From Podarcis pityusensis (Eukaryota), in assembly GCA_964106645.2 (NCBI GenBank), contig OZ067043.1: DNA of 64,000 nucleotides; one strand, 5' to 3'. Below the pieces are notes generated by a model. It saw only the letters and a program-made list of their open reading frames with translations. It made no database searches and was not told the DNA's origin. Both the position numbers and the translations under genes were made by a program. Below are positions 49,494 through 61,856 of this stretch, one piece after another; position 1 is the stretch's first letter, and the number at the start of each line of letters is the position of its first letter.

Positions 49494-49528
<35 letters not shown>

Positions 49529-49620
49529 TTATTATTTGTTCCCCAGCCACTCTGGGCGGCTTCCACAAAAACCAAAAATACACTAAAATATCACACATTA
49601 AAAACTTCCCTGAACAGGGC
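49482..49620 (-). mobile_element. L2 3' end with (TTA)n tail
   Basis: (TAA)n plus CCCCAGCCACTCTGGGCGGCTTCC..ACTTCCCTGAACAGGGC. Confidence 0.8.
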
Positions 49621-50797
49621 TCAGCTTAAAATTAAACCATGGTAGCAAGCATATGGCAGCACCTTTTCGCACCTCTTATGAATGGGGAATTTTCAGTGAA
49701 TGTCTGGTAGTCTCTAGCTGCTAATAAGAACAAGTGTTTTGCATGGATGCTCAGAGCTGGAGGGGCTCTGGAAAACATCAGGCCCTGTTACCGCCTAGCT
49801 TGTAACTTGTGCACCGTTGTCTGTATAATGGATTGTGCGAATGAACCTCCATCCTCTGTACAGGACACAATTCTGAGGCCATAATAGCTCATTAGCAGGG
49901 CCCCTCTTTGCCCCTGCTCTCTGATTGGCCACAGCTGCTCCTCCAATCCCAGCTGCTCCAGCTGCACGTCAATGTCAATTTTCTTTCCCATCCAATTAAT
50001 CATGTCTGACATTCCCTGTGCAACCTCAAAGAAGAGAAACTTTCTTGCTGTGTCCTCGGATGCGCCTTCACACAGTGGGAGAAAAGGAAAGCAGGACTTG
50101 AATGGGTAAATGAGCAGACTAATGAGAAGAAGATGCATCTCGGCTTCAATTTTTAATGGCTGCTCTGCTATGCAGCACCACAACTACCTGCTGTGAAAAC
50201 AAGCAATCCCCTTCGACCTGGCAAGCCCGGCTTTCTATCTGGAGGCTTGTCCCAGAACTTCCTTTGGCCTCAGGTGGCCTAATCATATCTATAGGTCCTA
50301 CTGAGTTCAGTGGAACTTTCTCCCAAGGAAGTATGCATTGGTGTGTGGCTCCAGGGTGTCCCACAAACGTCCTCCAGGGGTTAGCAAACTTAGCTTGCTC
50401 TTAGGGATGGAGGGGAAATTCAATTCATTTGATGACATTTAAAGGCAAAACCACACAATTTGCACTTTTCTAAATTTTGCAGTGCAGTTCTCCAGCTGAG
50501 GAATGCAGAAAAATGCATGCATTAGTGAAACTGACTCTCAAATTGGTATGGAAATATGGAGAACTGAGCGTACAATAGGAAAATGAGAAGCTAAGAGGAA
50601 CCAAACCTGACATGGTTGTCTAACTGTACCTGGAATTGAGAATATTTTTGCCATTCCACCTTCTCCTTCATAGAACAGATCCCGTTTCCCAATGTGCATC
50701 CTCTACATCAGACTTCTCCAGCTTGGTGCTGTCTTGGTATTTTGGACTATAATGTCCACCAGCCCCAGCCAACACAGTGAGGGAAAGGTGCTATGCT

Positions 50798-51449
50798 TCA
50801 TAGAATCATAGAATCATAGAGTTGGAAGAGACCACAAGGGCCATCGAGTCCAACCCCCTGCCAAGCAGGAAACACCATCAGAGCACTCCTGACATATGGT
50901 TGTCAAGCCTCTGCTTAAAGACCTCCAAAGAAGGAGACTCCACCACACTCCTTGGCAGCAGATTCCACTGTCAAACAGCTCTTACTGTCAGGAAGTTCTT
51001 CCTAATGTTTAGGTGGAATCTTCTTTCTTGTAGTTTGGATCCATTGCTCCATGTCCACTTCTCTGGAGCAGCAGAAATCAACCTTTCTCCCTCCTCTATG
51101 TGACATCCTTTTATATATTTGAACATGGCTATGATATCACCCCTTAACCACCTCTTCTCCAGGCTAAACATGCCCAGCTCCCTTAGCCGTTCCTCATAAG
51201 GCATCGTTTCCAGGCCTTTGACCATTTTGGTTGCCCTCCTCTGGACACGTTCCAGTTTGTCAGTGTCCTTCTTGAACTGTGGTGCCCAGAACTGGACACA
51301 GTACTCCAGGTGAGGTCTGACCAGAGCAGAATACAGTGGCACTATTACTTCCCTTGATCTAGATGCTATACTCCTATTGATGCAGCCCAGAATTGCATTG
51401 GCTTTTTTAGCTGCCGCGTCACACTCTTGGCTCATGTCAAGTTTGTGGT
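50798..51449 (-). mobile_element. CR1 LINE 3' 650 bp, relatively young
   Basis: Open ORF 50971-51435 (AAAKKANAILGCINRSI..RPHLEYCVQFWAP..NFLTVRAV); intact (ATTCTATG)n tail. Confidence 0.96.
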
Positions 51450-51536
51450 ATTCCTTTCCTTGGAATAAGCCACATTGAATTCGTAGGACTTACTTCTGAG
51501 TAAATATGCATAGAATCTGGTTACCAGCTTCCTATA

Positions 51537-51762
51537 CAGTGGTACCTCGGGTTAAGTACTTAATTCGTTCCGGAGGTCCATTCTTAACCTGAAACTGTTC
51601 TTAAGCTGAAGCACCACTTTAGCTAGTGGGGCCTCCTGCTGCTGCCGCGCCGCCAGAGCACAATTTCTGTTCTCTTCCTGAAGCAAAGTTCTTAACCCGA
51701 GGTACTATTTCTGGGTTAGTGGAGTCTGTAACCTGAAGCGTATGTAACCCGAGGTACCACTG
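51537..51762. mobile_element. Tc1/mariner (Tigger-like) MITE
   Basis: TIR CAGTGGTACCTCGGGTTA / TAACCCGAGGTACCACTG; TA TSD. Confidence 0.94.
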
Positions 51763-52029
51763 TATTTAATAGGCAAAATAATTTGATTTGATGTTCTCTG
51801 CATGGAGCTACCTCTGAACAGTTTTCGGAAGCTGCAGTTGATCCAGAATGCAGCAGAAGGATGCTGATGTGTTCTTGCGTATGGATCATATTGCACCTGT
51901 CCCATAAGTGTGTGGTGTTGGCTGAAAAGAAATCAGATTCTATGTTAGGAAAGGGACTGAAACTTGGAATATTGCATACAGTTCTGGTCCTCACAGATCA
52001 AAAGGGTTATTGTAAAACAAAAACAAAAA

Positions 52030-52160
52030 AAGGGCAGCCAAAATGATCAAGGACTTGGAGCAACTTCCCCATGAGGAAATGTTGTAACACTTGTGACTTC
52101 TTAGTTTAGAAAAAAGATAAGAGGTGGGGGACATGGTAGAGGTATTATATTATGCATGTT
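52030..52160 (+). mobile_element. Decayed CR1 fragment
   Basis: AGGGCAGCCAAAATGATCAAGGACTTGGAG..CATGAGGAA..AGTTTAGAAAAA (RA.KMIK.LE). Confidence 0.6.
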
Positions 52161-54871
52161 TCTTTTGTCTTTCACTCACAGTTTGAGATGGAATGATTTC
52201 TCAGTTTAAGTTATTTCGGTTTTTTATTTCTCTGATCTTAAATTTGGTTCTCCACATTTCTGCATAAATTTGTGAGTTTTCTTTTAAAATACCCCCAAGA
52301 AAAATTATTCAGCATGTTAGTGTGAATTTCTCTTAATAAACACATTTTTATATGTAGTTTTAACTAATGGACACATTTTTGCAGTAATTTCAACCCTTAC
52401 GTTTACCTAATATATGCATTTTTGTAAACACTGGTTGGTTGGAAAACTGCATTGCAAAATTTGGATCAGCATGAATACCCTCTTCCATGCAGAAGCAGAT
52501 CACTCTTCAGCAACTAAAGTCTAGGGTAGCCAGTTATGCATTGCTAAAAGGGAGGATTTGCAACATCATAAAAAGAGAGTTGGGTCTGCCTGCCTGCATG
52601 TCTACCTATCTATCCATGTATAATATAAATAAATATGCAACATATCTCTACATAGTGGATTAGACATTAGATGACGTCTGTGCCTGCTCAGTCTGTTGAC
52701 TAGGAGCTGCTAAATGTTAATGAGCAAATTCAAGGATCCTGTTCTCCCTTTTTATGGTTCCTAATCTTTGAGTTGGACTTTGACCAAAGAAAGAATACTT
52801 TCAAAACAGAGGACTGTAGAGACATGGCCTCCTTACAAGAGCCTCATATCATTTCCAGACAGGCAATAATGAATAATATACGGTACCTGATCATCCTCAG
52901 GAGGCACAGCCAAGACCACCACCCCTCCCATAGTGCAATGCCTGATCCTGTAGCAAGCCAAAATCAGGGCAATAATTCAAGGGAAAGAGTGAGGTGGAAA
53001 AACAAAAAAGCACAATGCAGAACTGCTGGGATGTAGAATAGGAAGGAGCAGGGTTGCAATTACACGGCATTTCATACTTTCTAAAGGGCTTATTGGAATT
53101 ACAGCACAGTAGCTTTTAATCGTTTCCACCCTAAAAATAAACATGTATTTCTGCTATTTCTGGTTTCACAGAAACCTTGATCTATATTCTTTTGACGGTG
53201 TGGTCTGTTGTGATGTTTCCTTTTGAGGAAAGTAGTCTGCATCATCCTGAGATTTTGTTGCCCTCGCTGGGCTAGAAGTAATCTTCCTTGCCAGCTATGC
53301 TGACTTGTAGTAATATAGCAATGAGCTGAGGAAGTGTTTCAAAAGCTAGGCCATTTATCTTGCCCCACTATTTGAACAGCTGTTTCTAGGAAGGCTGCAT
53401 GGCTGCATGGAATCAGCAGGTTGGCCCATAATGGCATCACACCATAATAAAAAACTAACAGCCAGTCTGCGAGGTGCAAGATACCACACATGACAGGCAC
53501 ACAAGGCAAGCTCCAATGTCTAGGGGTGAGTTGCATATGTCTGGAAGAGGTTGGAGCATGGATGCATATTAATCTTTGGTAATCCATGCTTTGGATCACC
53601 TCCAAACTGCCATGAGTTAAGAAGCCATGAATTCTAGTTCATTTAAAAAAATAAAATAAAAATCTTCAAAAATAAATGCCAAGTTCAGGTTTTTAAATAG
53701 GTAGACAAATGTTCATTTTATTCAAAGGGGAGATCTGGGCACTTATTCTCATTTCCAGAGAAGTGGAATTCCTAGATTATAGTGCAGGACAGACACCAGC
53801 CCATTAGAATTCCAGAGGCATAAGAAGGCAGGTTTGTTGCTTCTGAAATCACCGGGTTAATGTTTTCTCAGTCTATACACAGAGATTTACCATAAGCATC
53901 CTTCCCAGATCTTAAAGCCTCCAGCTTCCTTTTGAAATGGAGTCCTCCTGTTTAACCTTTATGAAGCACATCAAATTGCAAATCTCCAAATGACACTTGC
54001 ATCCAAACCTCACACAGCAGTGAGGCCATGGACTCAATTGACTTAAATGAGGAATCAAAGTGCTGTCCAAATATAACCAAGAGCTGCGTGGCAACTTATC
54101 CCTTTCCAAACCCGTGTGTGAGGAGGGTGTCACAAAGCTAATTGTTCTCAAAATGTCTCCCAGTGACTCTCCCCCTGCCCTAGACACAGGGAGAGGCTTT
54201 ACTTTGTGTGGCTGTTGTTTTACAGGAACATGGATTAGTATTCTAATGCAGAGCTAATACATCAAAAGCGGCAGTGTGCCATTTGCTCTGCCTTTTTTTC
54301 CTAATTATTACAATGGTTAAATGATTAATACAGTGTAGAATGTCTTTCAGGAGACCTTCATGCAGGCAATAATTAAAAAGGACCTTTTCAGTCCCGAACT
54401 GGTTTCTTCATCTACTGATTGTAGGAGAAACTTGCAGGCTGCTATTTATGATGCTGCCAAATCAGTGTTCAGGTGCCAGGCTGCATCTACAGACCAATAA
54501 AATAAACAGGAGATTAAGAATAATCTCAAAAGGACAGAGTTTAATATAAAGGCTATTTCAAGCCACTTAGAGGTTATTGGTGTGGAGATTAGGGCTGAAT
54601 GATCTGGTCTGGTCTGATCTGTTCAGTGAAAATCAGAAGAGGGTAGAAATGTTTGTGTGTGTGTGTGTGCGCACGCGCGCTTTCTAAACCACCATTTCAA
54701 GGTGATTTATTCATAAGATAATTAAAAACAAAAATTACACATACATTTTAAACAAGACTAAAACAAATATATATATAGCTGGTAGAGCATAAAAAGGAAC
54801 TCAGTTTGACTGTTTATTTCAAGTATATGTAGGTGTTCATTGTTACTGCAATCAATTTGTTCTGATGTTTT

Positions 54872-55020
54872 CATCAGCATCTGGAGAGCCACAGTTTCTT
54901 TGTCCCTGTAAGCCATTCTTCTCAAACCCGGGACTCCACCAGTTCAGGGCAACATGGCCAATGGTTTATGGGAATTGTACCCCAGCAACATTGGGAAAAT
55001 CCCAGGCTGGTGAAGACTGC
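54872..55020. mobile_element. Palindromic hAT-like MITE fragments
   Basis: CAGCATCTGGAGAGCCACAG; GGGAATTGTACCCCAGCAACAT. Confidence 0.5.
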
Positions 55021-55117
55021 TGCTAGCAGTTAATCCAAAGCCTTTCCCCTTTAAGATGCCAAAATTACTGGGATTTCCTGAAATTTGCAGCTATTATGTG
55101 CTATTTGAGACATTAGT

Positions 55118-55272
55118 TGCAGAATCTACACTGTACCACAGATGCCTTCAAAACAGATCTTATCAAATGGGAATGGTGCTAATTGCATATTGTTTTGATG
55201 ATGGATAGAATTGGAAAGCATTGCCCATAAGATCTGTTTTGAAGGCATCTGTGGTACAGTGTAGATTCTGCA
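55118..55272. repeat. Perfect 46-bp inverted repeat with 63-bp spacer
   Basis: 55118-55163 TGCAGAATCTACACTGTACCACAGATGCCTTCAAAACAGATCTTAT is the exact reverse complement of 55227-55272. Confidence 0.95.
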
Positions 55273-55512
55273 GCATGTGTGCTCAGGATATTTCTCTTCA
55301 GGTCATGGCTTGGTTTTGTTTCCCTCTAGTGCAACTTGTCAGAAAGGAAGCTGCAAGGTTTGTGTCTGGAACTAGCATCCTAAAGCAGAACTCTGACCTT
55401 GGATTGCAGCTTAGAATATAATGATGAGATGTTTCATTCTTTATCTGACTGCCTTTCCCGTATAAAGTTGGTAAAGTGCTTTGGCTGCCTGAGGCCCTGT
55501 GACAGCAAGAGA

Positions 55513-55650
55513 ATCTTCTTCTTTGGTGATCACTCATAGCTGAGTAAGATTGTCTTAGATAAACATGGTTTTAACAATGAGTCCTTAAGTGACTGTGGAG
55601 GCCAATTCTGGAACCACACGACCTTCCACAGTGGGGACATTGGTTTCTGC
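55513..55650 (-). mobile_element. RTE 3' end (same family as 1-1519) with (GAA) tail
   Basis: Reverse complement matches ~1389-1519 (CCAGAATTGGCCTCC..ACAATCTTACTCAGCTATGAGTGATC..AAAGAAGAAGA). Confidence 0.88.
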
Positions 55651-57829
55651 CTTGCACACTGTTATGCACAGGCTAAGACCCAGCACATCCCCGCCATCCC
55701 TACTGTTTCAGGAAAAGAAGATTCAGATGACAATTACAGGTGCAGGGCAGTGTCAAGGGATATCATCGTCTTATGAGAATTACCAGTGTGCAAACTGAAA
55801 AGCAATTGCTTGGATACTAAGATAAATTAAGGGTGATGACAGAAGGAAAGTTCCCCATTCCTCCCACCCCAGTACAGCCTCCTGGAAACACCTCTTTGGA
55901 AGGGGGGGGGGGATTCTAAATGATGTGAGCTGGGTTATGTAAGACTGCTGTGAAGGGAAGAATCACTCCAACTTATATGGATAGTTACATAATTTGGGGT
56001 GATTATCTCCTCTAGCAACCCCCACTGTTTCTTCCTATGCTCTTCAGGAGACCTCCCTTTCCCAAAACTCTGGTAATTTTTTTTGAGGGGTGTGTGTGTG
56101 TGAGATGGCTGCAGAGGGAGGTGGGTATGGGAAACTTTCATTCAATGAACCTCTGTAATTCATCAATCAAGTGGGAGATGAAGTAGCTGCAGTACCTTGT
56201 ACTTCCTGCCCTTTTTACCAGGGCTCATGCTTCCCCCTTGGAGGGGAAATCAGGAGGTGCACAACTGAGTTTCAGGCAGAAAAACATTTGGAGAAGAAAA
56301 GATTAAATAGCCCATTCCCCCCCCTCCTTCAAGGCCCTGGTTCTCCCAAGTCTCAATTTATCTAACATATATAGTAGATGCATCTGAACTTAGTTCCCAT
56401 GGCTTGGAACCAGGCTACTTGAAGAAATACCCACCTCACCATCAACCTGTTGGTCCATCAAGATCACCTGATGCAGTGGCACAGGGTGGAGGGTGGGAGT
56501 GGGAAGGAAATGGACGGAGTATGCATGCACATTCAACTGCCTAATGGTATCAGCATCACCCAGGAGATCGCAGTCACAGAGATAAGTAAAGAAGAGTTGT
56601 GCCGTTGTCTAGGGAGGTCACTTCCTGATTCACACAGAGAAGTCATTTTCAGTGCAGCCTAGTGACGGAAGCACACAGCTGTATGGAGGCATCACTGGGT
56701 GTTGAAATTTTGCACCTGGGGCAACCGCTCCTGTGCCCCCCCCAATGTTACCCCACTGACCTGATTCCCTTGCTATCAAAACTGAGCTGACTCTCTTGCT
56801 GGTGACTCAAGGCAGGGCCTTCTTAGTGGTGGTGCCCCATGTACACAAAGTGTGTATGTCCAATGGCTAACTCTTCTGGAATTTATTCAGGTTTTCTCCT
56901 CATCTGTTTGCATTGGTACCCAATAATTAATCTGCACTGTTAATAGGAGTTCTCATTGTTAAAAGGACAGGCTTTGATAACTAATTCTGAATATACTCAG
57001 CTAGAATTATTTATATATAAGTGTAAATATGTAAGTACAAGGGGGGAAAACTTTTGCTTGTTACATTTTCAAAATGGTCTGAGTTGATCAGCCTCAATTT
57101 TGATTTCGTGGCAGCAGATTCATTGTGGTTGTTCATCTGCCCCAATCACATACAAAAGCAGGGGTGGGAGTCCATTTTCAAAGTGCATGGGTGAAGGGCA
57201 ATGAACCCCTCTCATGCCTGTTTCTATTCTTTCTGGAGGCTCTCCTCACTTCTGGTATTGAAGTCTGGCTGAGTGAAAAGTGCTTTGGGAAAACAACTGG
57301 CCAGGCAAAAGTAATGATAGAAGAGAAATTTGTGTGCAACTGAAGTTTTCTCACAAATATGTCCCTTTGCTTCTCTTCAGAAACCACATGCTTCACACTA
57401 TTTAGCAGTACAACTGCCCCAGAGGCAATCTGGAAGCACAACCCTTAAGAGGAATGGCTCACATTGGTGTAACAGCACAATCAAAGGGTTAATCGGGATG
57501 GCTGCAAGCTTTTTGGTGCTGCCCGGGGATTTTTTTGTGTGGAAGCAATGTTTGTTCCAAAACATCTGGGGCTTGTTAATGGCATTCTGCTCCATTTAAC
57601 TGAATACTTTTCCAAAACATTTACCTGGGAAACTCAAGGCATGTAGCAATTGCTTGCAATCTACTAAATTATGCACTTTAACTGCTATCTACTTTCCTTA
57701 ACGAGGAAGAGTGCTTGCAATTTTATTAGGTCATCAGCTAGTAAAATGGAATATATATATATATTTTCATATATATATATATTAATTCACACATCCCAGA
57801 CTTTGGAGGAAATTTTTGTGTTTGTGGAG

Positions 57830-58075
57830 GGCAAGAACACATGCTAGGGGACTGCTAGGTGAAGCAGAATGGGGGAGGAGGTATCCTGGGAATCCCTCTT
57901 TTCTTTTCCACAGTCTTAATCTGGGGTGGGGGTTTATTGGTTTGGGGTTCTTTTGTTCTTGTTTTTATTATGTATTCTGTGTTTTTTTATTATATTTTCA
58001 TGTTGTGAACCACCCCAAGATCTACAGATGAAGGGCAGCATACAAATGTACTTAATAAATAAAATAAATAAAAGG
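57830..58075 (+). mobile_element. L2-type 3' UTR remnant
   Basis: TGTGAACCACCCCAAGATCTACAGATGAAGGGCAGCATACAAAT..AATAAATAAAATAAATAA. Confidence 0.55.
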
Positions 58076-58096
58076 AACTGGAGAAGGAGACAGTTA

Positions 58097-58355
58097 CCGT
58101 ATTTTTTGCTCTGTAAGACGTACCAGACCACAAGATGCACCTAGCTTTTGGAGAAGGAAAACAAGAAAAAAATATTCTGAATCTCAGAAGCCAGAACAGC
58201 AAGAGGGATTGCTGCACAGTGAAAGCAGCAATCCCTCTTGCTGTCCTGGCTTCTGGGATAGGTGCGCAGCCTGCATTCGCTCCATAAGACACACAAACAT
58301 TTCCCCTTACTTTTTAGGAGGGAAAAAGTGAGTCTTATAGAGCAAGAAAATACGG
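58097..58355. mobile_element. pogo/Tigger-like MITE
   Basis: TIR CCGTATTTT..GCTCTGTAAGAC / GTCTTATAGAGC..AAAATACGG; TA TSD; internal hairpin 58191-58249. Confidence 0.9.
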
Positions 58356-60091
58356 TACTTGCACCATTTTATGGAGTTCTACTCACATCTAATCCAGGCT
58401 AGAACAACTTGTGTTTAGGGATGGGTTATATTCTTTATTCTATGATGCTTCCACGTATGCTCAGTAACAGGTCCAGGAAAAACCATAAACCCCCATGTTC
58501 ATAGCTTTATGGCATTTCAAAGAACTCATTTCAGGAAAGAAGATGGGCACAATCTTCTCTCTCAGTCATGCCAGTTAGCTAGACTCTAATACTGAGAGGA
58601 AACTCAGCATAATGACTAATGCAGGTTACGCTGAGCAACTTCCAATCCTAATCACAGCTAACAGGTAAAGTTTATGACTCAAAGGCCAGGTAGATGTTTC
58701 CATTCTCATCCAGGCTAAAACACTGTCTCTATTTTCAAAACCAGATAGTGAATTTGGCTGTATGAAGAACATCTAGGCATTTCAAACACTGTCTTGAGTC
58801 GGACCTTCTGAGATGCTATTTGAAAGTGCCAGAAGCACACAGAACAGCAACAGTTCCCTCAGGGCCAATTTATATTTGACTTGGGGTAAGTCCTGATGGC
58901 TGAGTCCTAGGCACATGTTGATTTTTCAGTGTGCAACCAAGTCCTCATCTGACTGCTTTACCCTCAGCTACATTCCCACTTGAGCCCATATTGAGCTGTG
59001 TACATTTGGACAGTGCACATCATATCCTTGTAGGATTGCCAGATCCCAGCCCACAGACTCTCTCGCTACAAGGCAGCCAAAAAAACTTAACGTAGCTGTA
59101 TCTTCCACCCCAGTGTCACACATTCTTCTCCCCACCAATGATCTTTTTACAATTTTGCATTTCCTGGCCTAGAAATATGCACCTCAGCAGCTTGTAATGT
59201 GCACTTCAAATAAGAGACTATTATCACTCTGATATGACATTTCAATCTGAGATGGAGAAATCCTCCTCCCTCCTGACATCTGTCAGTAGCATTTGGGAAA
59301 TTGTATTTGCCATTGTTCATGATACCTTGCTTGCCTTTCCCTCCCATTGTCACCAGAAGAAGTCAAGTAAGCAGAGTGTGCATATGTGTGTGTGTGTGGA
59401 GGAGATGGCAGGAATGATTTAACAGCCCATGTTGTGCTCCCCAAAACAAGTGAGTCTGACTGGGCTTTGAATAAATCACATGGTGAAGACAAGAGTGGAC
59501 AGGTAAGAGCATAAAAAGAGCCCTGCTAGATCTGACCAGGTGGCTGCCTAGTCTAGTTTCCTGTTTCCTTCAGTGGCCAACCAGATGCTTATGGGAATCC
59601 CACAAGCAGGAGATCAAGGCAATAGTGTGTCCCATCACTGTTCCCCAGCATCTAGAAATTCAACAGCAGGCTGAATCGTATGTGATATTGTTTTTTTTAA
59701 AAAAATAATATTTATTAATTTTCAACCGTTTAAACACAACAAAATAGACAAAACAAAACAAAAAGCATAACAAAATAAGACACAAACCATTTTACACACA
59801 AAACAATTTCAATATCTTATCTTTCATTCCCTTATTTCCACGACCTCCTCACACCTTCCTTTTTATATTCCTCTTCTATTAATTGTTTCAGCAATTCCTT
59901 TCCATCTTCCTCTGTTTCTATCCTATAATTATCTTAACATATTCTGACCTTATTTTTCCCTTTAATACTCTATTAATCCATTTATACTTAATTCCTTATA
60001 ACATTTCTACTAAAGCCATATAACTTCATTCCAACATTTTTCTTACATTCATTATTTTTACAGTATTTCTATAAATAGTCCTAAACTTTTT

Positions 60092-60769
60092 TCAGTCTTC
60101 TTCCACTGACTCTTCTCCCTGGTCTCCCGTCGTTTCCGCCAATTCCATATAGTCCATCAACTTCACCTGCCATTCTTCCCGAATAGATAAATCTTGTGTC
60201 TTCCAGTACTTCACAATGATTATTCTTGCTGCTGTTGTTGCATATGTGAAAAAAATTCTATCCTTCTTTAACACCAATTGGCCGACCATGCCCAGGAGAA
60301 AGGCCTCTGGCTTCTTCAAAAGGGTATATTTAAATGCCTTTTTCATTTCGTTATAAATCATCTCCCAAAGTATCTTAATCCTTGGGCATGTCCACCAAAA
60401 GTGAACTCTAATCCTCAAATTCGTCTGTTTTTCTTTAAGTTCAGTCATAGCGAGCGTCAACTTATGTTCATCAAATTGCCTCTGTAGGGCTGGGGCTCTC
60501 TTTCTCTTTCTCTCCAGTTGTGTTACTTTACATTCAGCAGCAACCGCTTTTTCCCTGGCTTCCTCCACAGTTTGCCGTATCAAAGTAGGTTCCTGTGTCA
60601 CTTTCTGGGTGGTTTCTGTATTGGTATTATTTATACTCTCTGTATTTAGGTTGATTTTAGTAATTGAAACATCCATTTTCGCATTTATCGTGTCCATTTT
60701 CCTGTTAAGCCGCTCCAATGAGTCATTTATCTTATAAAATGCAGCCACTAAAGCCTCTTCTGTCGACAT
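60092..60769 (-). CDS. L1 ORF1 coiled-coil / ORF2 C-terminus chimeric ORF (225 aa from ATG at 60769; frame is open from 60847)
   Basis: Heptad-like N-terminal half ending in the ORF1 motif NLRIR, fused at ~60404 to HFWWTC..KPEAFLLG..TAARIIIVKYWK..EEWQVKLMDYMELA of ORF2; no internal stop. Expression unknown. Confidence 0.6.
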   Translation of the reverse strand: MSTEEALVAAFYKINDSLERLNRKMDTINAKMDVSITKINLNTESINNTNTETTQKVTQEPTLIRQTVEEAREKAVAAECKVTQLERKRKRAPALQRQFDEHKLTLAMTELKEKQTNLRIRVHFWWTCPRIKILWEMIYNEMKKAFKYTLLKKPEAFLLGMVGQLVLKKDRIFFTYATTAARIIIVKYWKTQDLSIREEWQVKLMDYMELAETTGDQGEESVEED

Positions 60770-61439
60770 TCTTCTTGGTTTTAAATGTGCTGGTACAAAG
60801 GCCACAGCAGAAGGAGCAGGGGGGCACCTCTTCTGGATTGTTGCCAAGTCCTCCCAGACCTTAATGTTTTGTCCGCAGTTGACTAGTCTGTTTTTCCTCT
60901 TCCATTTACCATAACACTTAAAAGATTCAAGGTCAGTCCCAGAGCCTCACGGTTTTTAACTTGCAGCTGGAAATTCCCCTAGCCCAACTCTTGTAAAACA
61001 ACCGGTTTCAAAGGCTTCCACTAGGGGGAAACAGTTTCTATTTGTAATAGTCAATAGTATCCTCTTTTCAACAATCCAAAATTAGTTTCAAATTAGTTTC
61101 AATTTTCAGTTACTTTTACTCCTTTTTAAAGCAGCAGGAGACAGTAGAAACAATGTATTTCTCTTGTTTAACTAGCTGTCAATGAACGTTCTAAATGCTG
61201 TCAATGAACATTCCAAAATACGTCAGTCCTGCTAGCAGCCCGTTTCCAGGGTCAGAGCGGCGGTGTTTTAAATCTCTTCACTCTCTCCCACAGGCATACT
61301 CAATCCGCAACTTCCCCCTCTCTTCTCCTGCCTCCAAGAGGGGGTTTATTGTTCTTTATTGATGGAAGTTTAATCTTTTACAAAAGACTTTCCAGGACTC
61401 CAGCTTGCAACTTCATTGCCTCAGTCTATTTACGAAAGG

Positions 61440-61856
61440 GGAAGGCGGACTTCCTGTTTTGAACCTCCCCGTTGCGATACCAAATTAAACCTTTAGAAAT
61501 CCAATTCTTCCGTTTCAGATCTACTCACGGGTAATTACTTTAAAGTCAAATTGTCCACAGGAAAAGGTCAGCGCTCTCCGGCAACAGCTATGCAGCTTCG
61601 CTCCGTGGAAGAAGCAGATGATTCGATGCACCGCGCCACTCACCCCACGTCGCTCCGGAGCCCCAAAAACCGGGGTTCCCCACGAGTGGGGGAGGAGCAA
61701 AAGGTGCCCGCTGAATCCCACGTTCACAGGCTTCTCCCGCCTGTGATTTTAACGGGTCTCTGCCTTCGCCGTGGCAGCCAGACCCAGATTCTCACGGAGC
61801 AGATTCCTCCCGGTCAGAGGAATTCCGCCATTACCGGAGGCGCCTCCCTGGAAGTC
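61440..61856 (-). promoter_or_regulatory. Putative L1 internal Pol II promoter (CpG-rich 5' UTR, YY1-like site)
   Basis: Dense CpG; ATGGCGG core at 61825-61831 on minus, about 25-30 nt from the 5' end. Confidence 0.55.

Larger units (their letters stand above)
59691..61856 (-). mobile_element. Complete but internally deleted L1-derived element (5' UTR, ORF1/ORF2 fusion, 3' UTR, polyA), 2166 bp
   Basis: 20-bp TSD CTGAATCGTATGTGATATTG at 59671-59690 and 61857-61876; 5' end GACTTCC..AATGGCGG, CpG-rich; AATAAA (59711-59716, minus) and A8 tail. Confidence 0.92.
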
